Position numbers and translations under genes: made by a program. The notes beneath the pieces were generated by a model. That model was not told where the DNA came from. It did no database searches and saw only the letters and a program-made list of their open reading frames with translations. A DNA stretch of 64,000 bases from Burkholderiaceae bacterium. Its GTDB lineage: Bacteria > Pseudomonadota > Gammaproteobacteria > Burkholderiales > Burkholderiaceae_C. The stretch is from NCBI GenBank assembly GCA_039934375.1, contig JBDTMH010000001.1, forward strand, positions 6,648 to 70,647, given 5' to 3'. Shown one piece after another: positions 1-9,224 of the stretch (position 1 is the stretch's first letter; the number at the start of each line of letters is the position of its first letter).

Positions 1-396
1 GCCTTGTTCGGTGTCGTGGCAACCCCCGGCGACGCTGTTGTTGCGGTTGTAGGCCAGGTGCATCTGGTGCACGCCCAGGCTCTTGTACAGCGCCACCATG
101 TCGGGTTGTTCGAGCAGCGGCATGGCGCCTTCGAGGTCGAAACCGATGGCAATGCAGCCGGCGGCCTTGGCCGCTTCGATGTCCTGCAGGCGGGACACCA
201 TCCGGTATTTGTCGGGAGAAGCGGCGATGGTGGCGCGAAAGCCGGCGATGACCGCCATAACCTGTGGCAGCGGGTTCATGTCCATGCCGATGTTGATCGA
301 CACGTAATGCACTCCCGCGGCGCGCAGCCGGTCGATCGGTGCAAAGTCGGCCTGCGGGTGCAGAGGCAGGCAGGCATGGGCTTCCCAGTGGATCAT
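1..396 (-). CDS. Membrane dipeptidase (peptidase M19 family), 3' end truncated by window edge
   Basis: Not in ORF track. Manual translation from ATG at 396: MIHWEAHACLPLHPQADF...GFDLEGAMPL...MHLAYNRNNSVAGGCHD, matching the M19 EG and LAYN..N motifs. Downstream of a peptide ABC operon. Confidence 0.8.
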   Translation of the reverse strand, partial: MIHWEAHACLPLHPQADFAPIDRLRAAGVHYVSINIGMDMNPLPQVMAVIAGFRATIAASPDKYRMVSRLQDIEAAKAAGCIAIGFDLEGAMPLLEQPDMVALYKSLGVHQMHLAYNRNNSVAGGCHDTEQG

Positions 397-496
397 GGTG
401 GGTCTCTCGAACAGGATGGATGTGGGCAATGGGTTGGCACGATCATCACACAATGGCGCTGCGGCTGCATCCGCTACGTGCGCCGATGCTGCTGAT

Positions 497-1338
<842 letters not shown>

Positions 1339-1342
<4 letters not shown>

Positions 1343-2460
1343 AGCGCCCACTCCAGTTGCCGGTCCAGCGTCGGCAGCGGATGGCGGCGGTCGGCGAGTT
1401 GGGGCAGGCAGTTCAGCAAGCCTCGGGTATAGGGATGCTTGGCATCGGCCAGGCCACCGGAGGAAATCTCCTCGACCACCTTGCCGGCATACATCACCAG
1501 GATGCGGTCGCAGAAGGTCGACACCAGGCGCAGATCGTGCGAGATAAAGATCAGGCCCATGCCGCGCTCGGTCACCAGCTTGTCCAGGATGGCCAGCACC
1601 TGCAACTGGACCGTCACGTCCAGCGCTGAGGTCGGTTCGTCGGCAATCAGCAGCTCCGGATTGGCGATCAGCATCATCGCGATCATTGCGCGTTGCCCCA
1701 TGCCGCCCGATACCTCGTGCGGATACAACTTGTAGACGCGCTCGGGCTGGTCGATCTGCACCGCCGCCAGCGCATCCAGCGCCTTGCTGCGCGCGTCGCG
1801 GGTCGATACGCGGGTGTGTGCGCGCAGCGTTTCCACCACCTGGTCGCCGATGGTCATGACCGGATTGAGCGAGAACTTCGGGTCTTGCAGCACCATGGCG
1901 ATGCGGCCGCCGCGCAGGTCGCGCCGCTCTCTGGCCGAGCAATGCAGCAGGTCGGTGCCGTGGAACTCCAAACGTTTGGCGCTGACGCGTCCTTCGGGCG
2001 CAGTCAGACCGAGGATGGCGCGCCCGGTCTGCGACTTGCCCGAGCCCGATTCGCCGACGATGCCCAGCCGCTCCCGGCCCAGCGAGAACGACACACCGCG
2101 CACCGCTTCGGTCCAGCCGCCGTCCCGGCCGGGGAACGCAACCCGCAGGTCGTCGACCACCAGCACCGGGCGTGGCAGCGGGACGGCGGACCTGAACGTC
2201 GGTTCGATGCGTCCCCGATCGGACACAGGCGGCGCCGTGGCGGCGGATATCGCGGCAGCGGGCGGGGTTGCATCCTCGTCTACCGACGTTGTTTTCGTGG
2301 CTGTGTCCGCCGGATCAGGATGCGGCGCATTGGTGGCTGAGTCGTCTGGCACTGCTGGCTCGGCGGCAACCGGTGGAGCCGCGCCAGGCGTGCCCTGCAG
2401 CAAACCCTCGGGGTCCGCAGCGTGGCCCTTCTTGGCCAGGGCCCTGTCGATGATGCTCAT
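1339..2460 (-). CDS. Peptide ABC transporter ATP-binding protein (DppD-like) with long Pro/Ala-rich N-terminal extension
   Basis: GESGSGKS, VSGGMGQR, ADEPT, and C-terminal HPYTRGLL oligopeptide-ABC motif. Confidence 0.9.
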
Positions 2461-2551
2461 TTGAGGCCCCCACGTTCGCTCACTTCGTGTAGCTCTCTGC
2501 CCCCCAAGGGGGCGTTCGCTCGCTTGAAGCGGTTCGGCGCAGCGCTCATTT
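2455..2551. repeat. Short structured intergenic element (MITE/REP-like) flanked by 8-bp direct repeat
   Basis: GCTCATTT at 2455-2462 and 2544-2551; hairpin GCCCCC-CAA-GGGGGC at 2499-2513; internal direct repeat CGTTCGCTC at 2473 and 2513. Confidence 0.65.
2457..2549 (-). other. 30-aa bridging mini-ORF between dppC and dppD
   Basis: MSAAPNRFKRANAPLGGRELHEVSERGGLK*. Its ATG overlaps the dppC TGA and its TGA overlaps the dppD ATG (ATGA at both ends). Translation not demonstrated. Confidence 0.5.
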
Positions 2552-3475
2552 CACCCCCTTTGGATCGAGCGCATCGCGCAGGCCGTCACCCAGCAGATTG
2601 AATGCCAGGCTGACCAGGAAAATCGCGGCGCCAGGTGCGGCGGCTACCCACCACTGGTCGAGCACGTACAGGCGACCGTTGGCGATCAGGGCGCCCCACT
2701 CGGGCATCGGCGGTTGCGCACCCAGGCCCAGGAAACCCAGTCCGGCGGCGGTCAGGATGATGCCAGCCATGTCCAGCGTCACGCGCACAATGACCGACGA
2801 AACGCACAGCGGCATGATGTGCCGCAATACGATGCGCCACGGCGAGGCGCCGATCAGCCGCACCGCAGCGATGTAGTCGGCCTGGCGTATCGTCAGCGTC
2901 TCGGCACGCGCAATGCGTGCATACGGCGGCCAGGAGGTGATGGCGATGGCGATCACCGCGTTCTCGATGCCCGGGCCGAGCGCCGCGACGAACGCCAGCG
3001 CCAGGATCAGGCGCGGGAATGCCAGGAAGATGTCGGTGACGCGCATCAGCGCGGCGTCGATCCAGCCGCCGGCATAACCGGCCACCGTGCCGACGACCAG
3101 GCCGATCGGTGCGGCCAGCACCGCCACCAGCGCCACCACGTACAGCGTGATCCGTGATCCATAAATGATGCGCGACAGGATGTCGCGGCCCTGGTCGTCG
3201 GTGCCAAACCAGTGGGCGCCGGATGGCGGCAGCAACCGGGTGGTGCGCAGGTCGCCGATATACGGCGAATAAGGGGCCAGCTGGTCGGCAAAGATGGCCA
3301 TAAGCACCAGCAGCAACACGATGACAAGGCCCAGCATCGCGAGCCGGTTGCGGGCAAACGTGCGCCAGGCACCATAGGCGCGTCCGAACGAGGCCTGGCG
3401 GCGCGATTGCGGCCGCTCGGACATCAGCCAGTCGTGCAGGCTTTCCTTGGATGCAGATGCGGCAGGGCTGTTCAT
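2546..3475 (-). CDS. Peptide ABC transporter permease (DppC-like)
   Basis: HWFGTDDQGRD, multiple TM segments, FNLLGDGLRDALDP C-terminus. Confidence 0.93.
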   Translation of the reverse strand: MNSPAASASKESLHDWLMSERPQSRRQASFGRAYGAWRTFARNRLAMLGLVIVLLLVLMAIFADQLAPYSPYIGDLRTTRLLPPSGAHWFGTDDQGRDILSRIIYGSRITLYVVALVAVLAAPIGLVVGTVAGYAGGWIDAALMRVTDIFLAFPRLILALAFVAALGPGIENAVIAIAITSWPPYARIARAETLTIRQADYIAAVRLIGASPWRIVLRHIMPLCVSSVIVRVTLDMAGIILTAAGLGFLGLGAQPPMPEWGALIANGRLYVLDQWWVAAAPGAAIFLVSLAFNLLGDGLRDALDPKGVK

Positions 3476-4539
3476 CGGATGCGGGTACGCGGGTCGAGCA
3501 TTTTGTAGAGCAGGTCCGACAGCAGATTCAGGCCGATGAAGACCGAGCCTACGACGATGGTGCCACCGAGCACCGCGTTCATGTCGGCGTTCTGCAGCGA
3601 GTTGGTGATGTACAGGCCCAGGCCGGGCCAGGCAAACACGGTTTCCGTGAGCACCGAACCCTCGAGCAGTCCGGCATAAGACAACGCGACCACGGTGACC
3701 AGAGGCACCATCGCATTGCGCAGCGCGTGGCGCCAGATGATGCGGGTCTCGGACAGGCCCTTGGCCCGCGCAGCAATCACGTATTCCTGTGCCAGTTCAT
3801 TGAGCATGAACGAACGCGTCATGCGGCTGATGTAAGCCAGCGAAAAATATCCGAGCAACGAGGCCGGCAAGACCAGGTGCGACAACACGTTGCGAAACGC
3901 GTCCCACTGGCCCTGGCGCGCAGTGTCGAGCAGCAGAAAGCCGGACTCCAGCGTGACCGAATACTCATAGCTGACATCGATCCGCCCAGGCCCGGCGATC
4001 CAGCCCAGTTTGGCGTAGAACAGCACCAGACCCATCAGCCCGAGCCAGAAGATCGGTACCGAATAACCCACCAGACCCATGACGCGCACGATCTGATCGA
4101 CCAGACCACCCCGTCGCACCGCCGCCCACACACCCAGCGGCACACCGATGCCGGCGCCGATGATGATGCCCAGCGTGGCCAGCTCGATGGTCGCCGGGAA
4201 GGTGCGCTTGATGTCGGTCATCACCGGGTTGGACGTCAGCACCGAGGTGCCGAAATCACCCTTGGCGATTTTTTGCAGGTAGATGCCGAACTGGGTATAC
4301 AGCGGCTTGTTCAGCCCCAACTCCTCGCGCACCCGCTGCACCACGTGTTCGGGTGCCCGGTCGCCGACGATGGCCAGTACCGGGTCGACCGGCATCACCC
4401 GGCCGATGAAAAACGTCACCGCGAGCAACCCCAGGTAGGTCAGGGCAATGACCCCCAGGAAGTTCACGCTGCTTTTGAGTGCGCTCTTCAAATAAGTGCC
4501 GCCCGACTTGGCGGGCGGCGACTGGCTCACAGCGTTCAA
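3472..4539 (-). CDS. Peptide ABC transporter permease (DppB-like)
   Basis: GDFGTS, ARAKGL, ETVFAWPGLG, DLLYKMLDPR motifs. Confidence 0.93.
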   Translation of the reverse strand: MNAVSQSPPAKSGGTYLKSALKSSVNFLGVIALTYLGLLAVTFFIGRVMPVDPVLAIVGDRAPEHVVQRVREELGLNKPLYTQFGIYLQKIAKGDFGTSVLTSNPVMTDIKRTFPATIELATLGIIIGAGIGVPLGVWAAVRRGGLVDQIVRVMGLVGYSVPIFWLGLMGLVLFYAKLGWIAGPGRIDVSYEYSVTLESGFLLLDTARQGQWDAFRNVLSHLVLPASLLGYFSLAYISRMTRSFMLNELAQEYVIAARAKGLSETRIIWRHALRNAMVPLVTVVALSYAGLLEGSVLTETVFAWPGLGLYITNSLQNADMNAVLGGTIVVGSVFIGLNLLSDLLYKMLDPRTRIR

Positions 4540-4560
4540 ACCGGAACTGCGATTGCAGCC

Positions 4561-6159
4561 TTACTTGCTGACCTTGAACATGTAGGTCGTGTCGGAAGTC
4601 GGTCCCAGCGTGAGACCTTGCACATCGTTGCGCATAGCCGCAACTTCGGTCTGCTGGTACAGCATCACGAACGGGCTCGTGTTGCGGAACTCGGCCTGGA
4701 TTTCCTCGTACATGGCCTTGCGTTTGCCGCCGTCGCGCTCGAGCACCGCCGCGTCGGTCTTTTTGGTCAGCTCCGGAATGTTCCAGGCATTGCGCCAGGC
4801 CAGCGGCTTGGATTTGGCGTCATCCGCGTTGTCGGGATTACGCGCAAACGTGTCAGCATTGGAATGCGGGTCCCAGTAGTCGGCACCCCACTGGCCGATA
4901 TAGAGTTGATGCTGGCGTGCCCGGTACTTGGTCAGTGTCTGTTTGCCGTCACCGGGCAGGATCTCGATCTCGATGCCTGCGCGTTTGGCGGTTTGCTGGA
5001 TCGCTTCGGTGATGCCCTGGACTGGTTGACTGGTGCGCATGTCAATCGTGATCTTGAAGCCGTTCGGATAACCCGCCTTGGCCAGCAGTGCCTTGGCTTT
5101 CTCGACGTCGAGCTTGTACGGGTTCACGGTGCTGGCGCCGAGCAGGCCGATTGGCAGGAAGTTCTGGTGCACGACACCGATGTCCTTGATCAGCGTCGCG
5201 CCGATGGCGTTGTAGTCGACCAGCCACTTGAACGCCTCGCGCACCTCGGGCTTGGCCAGGATCGCGTTTTTCTGGTTCAAGCTGATGTAATACACCGTTC
5301 CCTTGGGCGTCGACGTGGTCTTGACATCCTTGTTGCTGGCCATCGCGCTCAAGTCTTGCGGCGTGAGGTTGCGCGCGACGTCGGAGTCGCCCTTCTCCAG
5401 CATCAGGCGCTGGGTAGCCGACTCCTTGATGTGTCGGTAGATGACGCGCGCCAGCTTGGACTTTTCACCGTAATAGCTGTCGTTGCGCTCCAGCGCGATC
5501 ACCTCGTTGGCACGCCATTCACGCAGCTTCATCGGGCCCGAGCCGGCATAGTTGGTCTTGAGCCAGCCATAACCCATGTCACCATTGACCTCCTTGGACA
5601 CCAGCAGTTTCTTGTCGACGATGGCAGCAATGTTGGCGGTCAGGCAGTTGTAGACAAAGGTCGGCGCATAGGCCTTGTCGACTTCCATCGTCAGCGACAG
5701 CGGACCGGTCTGCTTGATCTTGTCCTTGACGTTGTCCTTGGTCAATCCGAACTGGGTCAGGATGAAGGCCGGCGTCTTGTCGAGCAACACCGCGCGCTGC
5801 AGCGAGTACACCACGTCCTCCGCGCTCAAGGGGTTGCCAGAAGCGAATTTCACGCCTGGGCGCAGTTCGAAGGTATAGGTTTTGCCATCGGATGAGACCG
5901 ACCACTTGGTGGCGATGTCGGCCACCAGTTTGGACGGGTCGTTCACATCGATTCGCAGCAGCCGATCGTAGGTGTTGCCCATGATCTCGCCGGCCGAGAT
6001 CTCGAACGACTCGCCCGGGTCCATCGTGATGATGTCGTCGATGGCCCAGGTCACGACCAGCGTGTCCTTCGGCGTGGCGGCCAGCACCGAGGTGGCGGGC
6101 AACGCGAACGCGGTGGCGATGGCCAGTACGGCGGCAGTACGGATAAACAGGGTTTTCAA
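4561..6159 (-). CDS. Peptide ABC transporter substrate-binding protein, family 5 (DppA/DdpA-like)
   Basis: Signal peptide, YTFELRPGVKFASG, GSGP motifs; AGGAGA RBS before the TTG start. Confidence 0.92.
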   Translation of the reverse strand: MKTLFIRTAAVLAIATAFALPATSVLAATPKDTLVVTWAIDDIITMDPGESFEISAGEIMGNTYDRLLRIDVNDPSKLVADIATKWSVSSDGKTYTFELRPGVKFASGNPLSAEDVVYSLQRAVLLDKTPAFILTQFGLTKDNVKDKIKQTGPLSLTMEVDKAYAPTFVYNCLTANIAAIVDKKLLVSKEVNGDMGYGWLKTNYAGSGPMKLREWRANEVIALERNDSYYGEKSKLARVIYRHIKESATQRLMLEKGDSDVARNLTPQDLSAMASNKDVKTTSTPKGTVYYISLNQKNAILAKPEVREAFKWLVDYNAIGATLIKDIGVVHQNFLPIGLLGASTVNPYKLDVEKAKALLAKAGYPNGFKITIDMRTSQPVQGITEAIQQTAKRAGIEIEILPGDGKQTLTKYRARQHQLYIGQWGADYWDPHSNADTFARNPDNADDAKSKPLAWRNAWNIPELTKKTDAAVLERDGGKRKAMYEEIQAEFRNTSPFVMLYQQTEVAAMRNDVQGLTLGPTSDTTYMFKVSK

Positions 6160-6234
6160 GTGGCTCTCCTAAAAAGCGCGAATGCAGGGAAAAGTCAGGG
6201 TTGATGGTACCCCAGTAATGATGCAAAAAAGATA

Positions 6235-6279
6235 GCACCATTCTGGCGCGAGGCGCACCAACTCGGCGGTGGCGCACCA
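6235..6279. promoter_or_regulatory. Putative NtrC-type binding boxes upstream of the peptide ABC operon
   Basis: GCACCA-TTC-TGGCGC at 6235-6249, close to the NtrC consensus GCACCA-N3-TGGTGC, plus GCACCA half sites at 6255 and 6274. Confidence 0.4.
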
Positions 6280-6441
6280 GGTCTGAGCGCAAATTCTGCG
6301 CCAATGCCGGCGCCGCGCCATCGGGGTTTACCAGCGGGTAAAGAGCTGCAATTTGCGCGGTTTTCCGTTGGCACTGTGCCGCGCGAGTCGCCCGCCGCCG
6401 TTTGCCGACCAGATGGCCGCGTCGATGTCCCGGCGTCGGTG

Positions 6442-7896
6442 TCAGCGTTGCCGTCGCCCCACGTACCAACGTGCCAGCCGCTCGGCCAATGGCGGTGCTA
6501 CGGCCGCAACCGTGTCGTCTGCGCTCGGCGCGCCGGTGCCGTGGTCTGACAGGTCGATCTCGCCGCCACCCGGGCGGTACAGATTGGCAAACATGTCGAG
6601 CACCCGCGACCTGACCATGCCGCGCAGCGGAATATGCGCCAGCATGCCGTAGGTCGCCGCTTCTCCGCTGTCGGCCAGCGAAGGGTCGGCGCGGACCGCG
6701 GCCACCGACGCCTGCAGGTCGCGCAGGTAGTCGTCGATCACAGCCAGGTGGCGCGCCGTGATCATCGCGTGCAGGCCGTCGGGCTTTTGCACGCGGTTGA
6801 TCTGCCAGCCGCGCGCCTGCATCTGGTCGCCGACCGCGAAGATGTTGACGGCCTTGTCGCGCGCGCCATAGGCCAGCAACGGCCCGGTCGGCTGGCCGAG
6901 CACGCACAGCTCGGGCATGCCCTTGATGCCTGCGACCAGCTGGTCGAATGCCTGGCTGGTACGGGTTGCAAGCTCCCGGTATCCCGACACGCCGAAGTAC
7001 TGCAGCGCTGCCCAGGCCGCGGAGTACGCGCCGCCAGGACGGGTGCCGAGCAGCGCAGCCGACGCAAATACCCCGCCGGGCCAGTCGGCCTGCACGAACA
7101 TCTGGTGTTTGAGGATGTCCAGGCTGCGGTAGGTGATGGTCGATGCGCCCTTGGCGGCAAAGCCGTATTTGTGCACGTCGGCCGAGATCGACGTGACGCC
7201 GGGGACGCGGTAGTCCCAGGGCGGCAAGGCGATACCGTTCATCTCCATGAACGGCAGGATGAAGCCGCCGACACAGGCGTCCACATGCAGTGGCACGCCG
7301 CGGCGCTGTGCGACAGCGCCCATGGCCGCAATCGGGTCGATGCTGCCATGCGGATATTCCGGCGCCGAGCCCAGCACCATCACGGTGTTGCGGTTGATCA
7401 GGCTGTCCAGCCGGCTGGCGTCGGCATGCAGCTGCGCGTCGAGCGGCAGCAACCGGATGCGCACATCGAAATACTCCGATGCCTTGAACCAGGCCACATG
7501 TGCGGTGGGTGCGATCACCATTTCGGGGTTGCGCACGCCGCGCGCGGCACGTGCCATGTCGCGGTAGGTCTTGACGGCCAGCAGGCAGCTCTCGGTGCCA
7601 CCGGACGTGACGACGCCGCAGACCTCGGGCGTTGCATGCAGCAGCGCAGCGGTGATCGCGATGATGTCGTTCTCGAAGCGCTTGAGGCTCTTGAACGCGG
7701 TCGGATTCAAGCCATTGGCCGAGGCGAAGGCCTGGTAGGCCTGGCCCAGGAACGCGTCGAGATCGTCGTTCAGGTGGTAGACCAGGCTCCACAGGCGGCC
7801 GTCGCGGTAGGCCGGGTCGTTGGCGCCATAGTGGCGGAGTTGCGCCAGGATCTCCTGCGGGTCGCGCCCGTTCTCAGGCAGGCTGGTGCCGCGCAT
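6442..7896 (-). CDS. PLP-dependent enzyme, sphingosine-1-phosphate lyase-like (group II decarboxylase fold)
   Basis: TSGGTES, AHVAWFKA, HVDACVGGF, SISADVHKYG (PLP lysine), GTRPG; RBS GGAAGGAG before ATG 7896. Confidence 0.85.
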   Translation of the reverse strand: MRGTSLPENGRDPQEILAQLRHYGANDPAYRDGRLWSLVYHLNDDLDAFLGQAYQAFASANGLNPTAFKSLKRFENDIIAITAALLHATPEVCGVVTSGGTESCLLAVKTYRDMARAARGVRNPEMVIAPTAHVAWFKASEYFDVRIRLLPLDAQLHADASRLDSLINRNTVMVLGSAPEYPHGSIDPIAAMGAVAQRRGVPLHVDACVGGFILPFMEMNGIALPPWDYRVPGVTSISADVHKYGFAAKGASTITYRSLDILKHQMFVQADWPGGVFASAALLGTRPGGAYSAAWAALQYFGVSGYRELATRTSQAFDQLVAGIKGMPELCVLGQPTGPLLAYGARDKAVNIFAVGDQMQARGWQINRVQKPDGLHAMITARHLAVIDDYLRDLQASVAAVRADPSLADSGEAATYGMLAHIPLRGMVRSRVLDMFANLYRPGGGEIDLSDHGTGAPSADDTVAAVAPPLAERLARWYVGRRQR

Positions 7897-9097
7897 CGGT
7901 GACTCCTTCCTGCAAACGCCAGCTGAGCCAGAACGCCAGCACGGAGGCGACGGCGGCGGCGACCGCGATGCCCGACAAGGCCATCTCGAAGCTGCCGGTG
8001 CTGGAGACGATGGCACCCGGCACCATGGAGCCGACGACCCCGCCCACGATCAGACTGATGCCGTTGTAGGTGCCGGTGGCAGCGCCCACGTCGCGGTCGC
8101 CGGCCAACTGCTGGATCGTCGCGTGCTCCTGGGCCTGAAATGCGCTCTGGCAGAACACCGCCAGCGCAAACAGCGCCACCATCGGTACCAGCGCCTGGGC
8201 CGGGATCGCGAACACCAGCGCCAGCGCGGCGCAGCCAAAGCCGATGGCTGCGAGCAACACGCGGCGCTGCAGCCGGTCGCCCAGCCAGGCAAGCGCCAGC
8301 GTGCCGACCACGCCTGCGCCGAACACGATGCTGATCGGCCAACCCAGTGCGGCAAAGTCGATTCCCTTGGCACGCACGAAATAGGTCGGCAACCAGCCCA
8401 GGATGCCGAAACCGCAGAACGCATTGAGTACACCCAGGCCCACATACAACCAGTAGTCGGGATTGCGCCGGTAGGCACCCACGAGGGCGGCTGCCGTGCG
8501 CGGGGCGGGTTTGCTATGCCGCACGAACAGCAGCACCAGCGGCAAGGCGATCAAAAGACCGGACGCCCCCACGATGACGAAGGCATTGCGCCAGCCCCAG
8601 TGCGTGATGATGGGCACGGTGATCCAGGCGCCGCCCGCCGTCGCAACGATGATGCCGACGTTCCAGATCGCATTGGCCCGCGCACGCACCTGCTGCGGAA
8701 ACAGCCGCGCCGTGATGACGCCCATCATCGGCACGTGCACCGACTCGGCCAGTCCCAGCAGCAACCGCAACGCCACCAGCATGGCCAGCGAACCGCCGAG
8801 CGGCCCCATGGCCATGCTGACGAGCGAGAACCCGATGATGACCAGCACCAGACTGCGTTTGGCGCCGAAGCGCTCGGCCGGGCCGGCCAGCAGCAGTTGT
8901 GCCAGCCCGTAGGTCAGGAAAAACGCAGCCAGCAGGTACTGGCCATAGGCGCCGAGTTGCCGGTCGTCCCAATGCAGGTCCTGTGCCATGCGCGGCAGCG
9001 CGAACGCAATCACATTGCGGTCAAGGTAATGCACGATGAACGTCAGCGCAAAAATCAGCGGGACGTGCCAGGGGAGTCGGGGGGTCGGGTCGCGCAT
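7874..9097 (-). CDS. MFS transporter (ACS-like)
   Basis: YLDR motif in TM1, AERFGAKR loop, about 12 hydrophobic segments. Start could be 9097 or 9121. Confidence 0.88.
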   Translation of the reverse strand: MRDPTPRLPWHVPLIFALTFIVHYLDRNVIAFALPRMAQDLHWDDRQLGAYGQYLLAAFFLTYGLAQLLLAGPAERFGAKRSLVLVIIGFSLVSMAMGPLGGSLAMLVALRLLLGLAESVHVPMMGVITARLFPQQVRARANAIWNVGIIVATAGGAWITVPIITHWGWRNAFVIVGASGLLIALPLVLLFVRHSKPAPRTAAALVGAYRRNPDYWLYVGLGVLNAFCGFGILGWLPTYFVRAKGIDFAALGWPISIVFGAGVVGTLALAWLGDRLQRRVLLAAIGFGCAALALVFAIPAQALVPMVALFALAVFCQSAFQAQEHATIQQLAGDRDVGAATGTYNGISLIVGGVVGSMVPGAIVSSTGSFEMALSGIAVAAAVASVLAFWLSWRLQEGVTDARHQPA

Positions 9098-9224
9098 GGG
9101 ATTGCCGGTAGGTCGGCGCATATTACGTCAGCGCGATCCGTATCCAGGGTCACTTCGGCGCGCGGTCGCCGGTGCGACGCCATGATATGACATGAAACGT
9201 GCGGCCTGACGCAAAATCCGCCCC

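Noticed and set aside
3451-5895. 814-aa plus-strand ORF, and similar long ORFs at 5579-7792, 16049-17995, 24120-26003, 30181-32604, 43529-45673 and 57332-59212
   Set aside because: Antisense or off-frame shadows of clearly identified genes, expected in high-GC DNA; no recognisable motifs.
6221-6241. Possible sigma54 promoter TGGTGCTATCTTTTTTGCA on the minus strand
   Set aside because: GG-to-GC spacing is 3 nt too long for a -24/-12 promoter.
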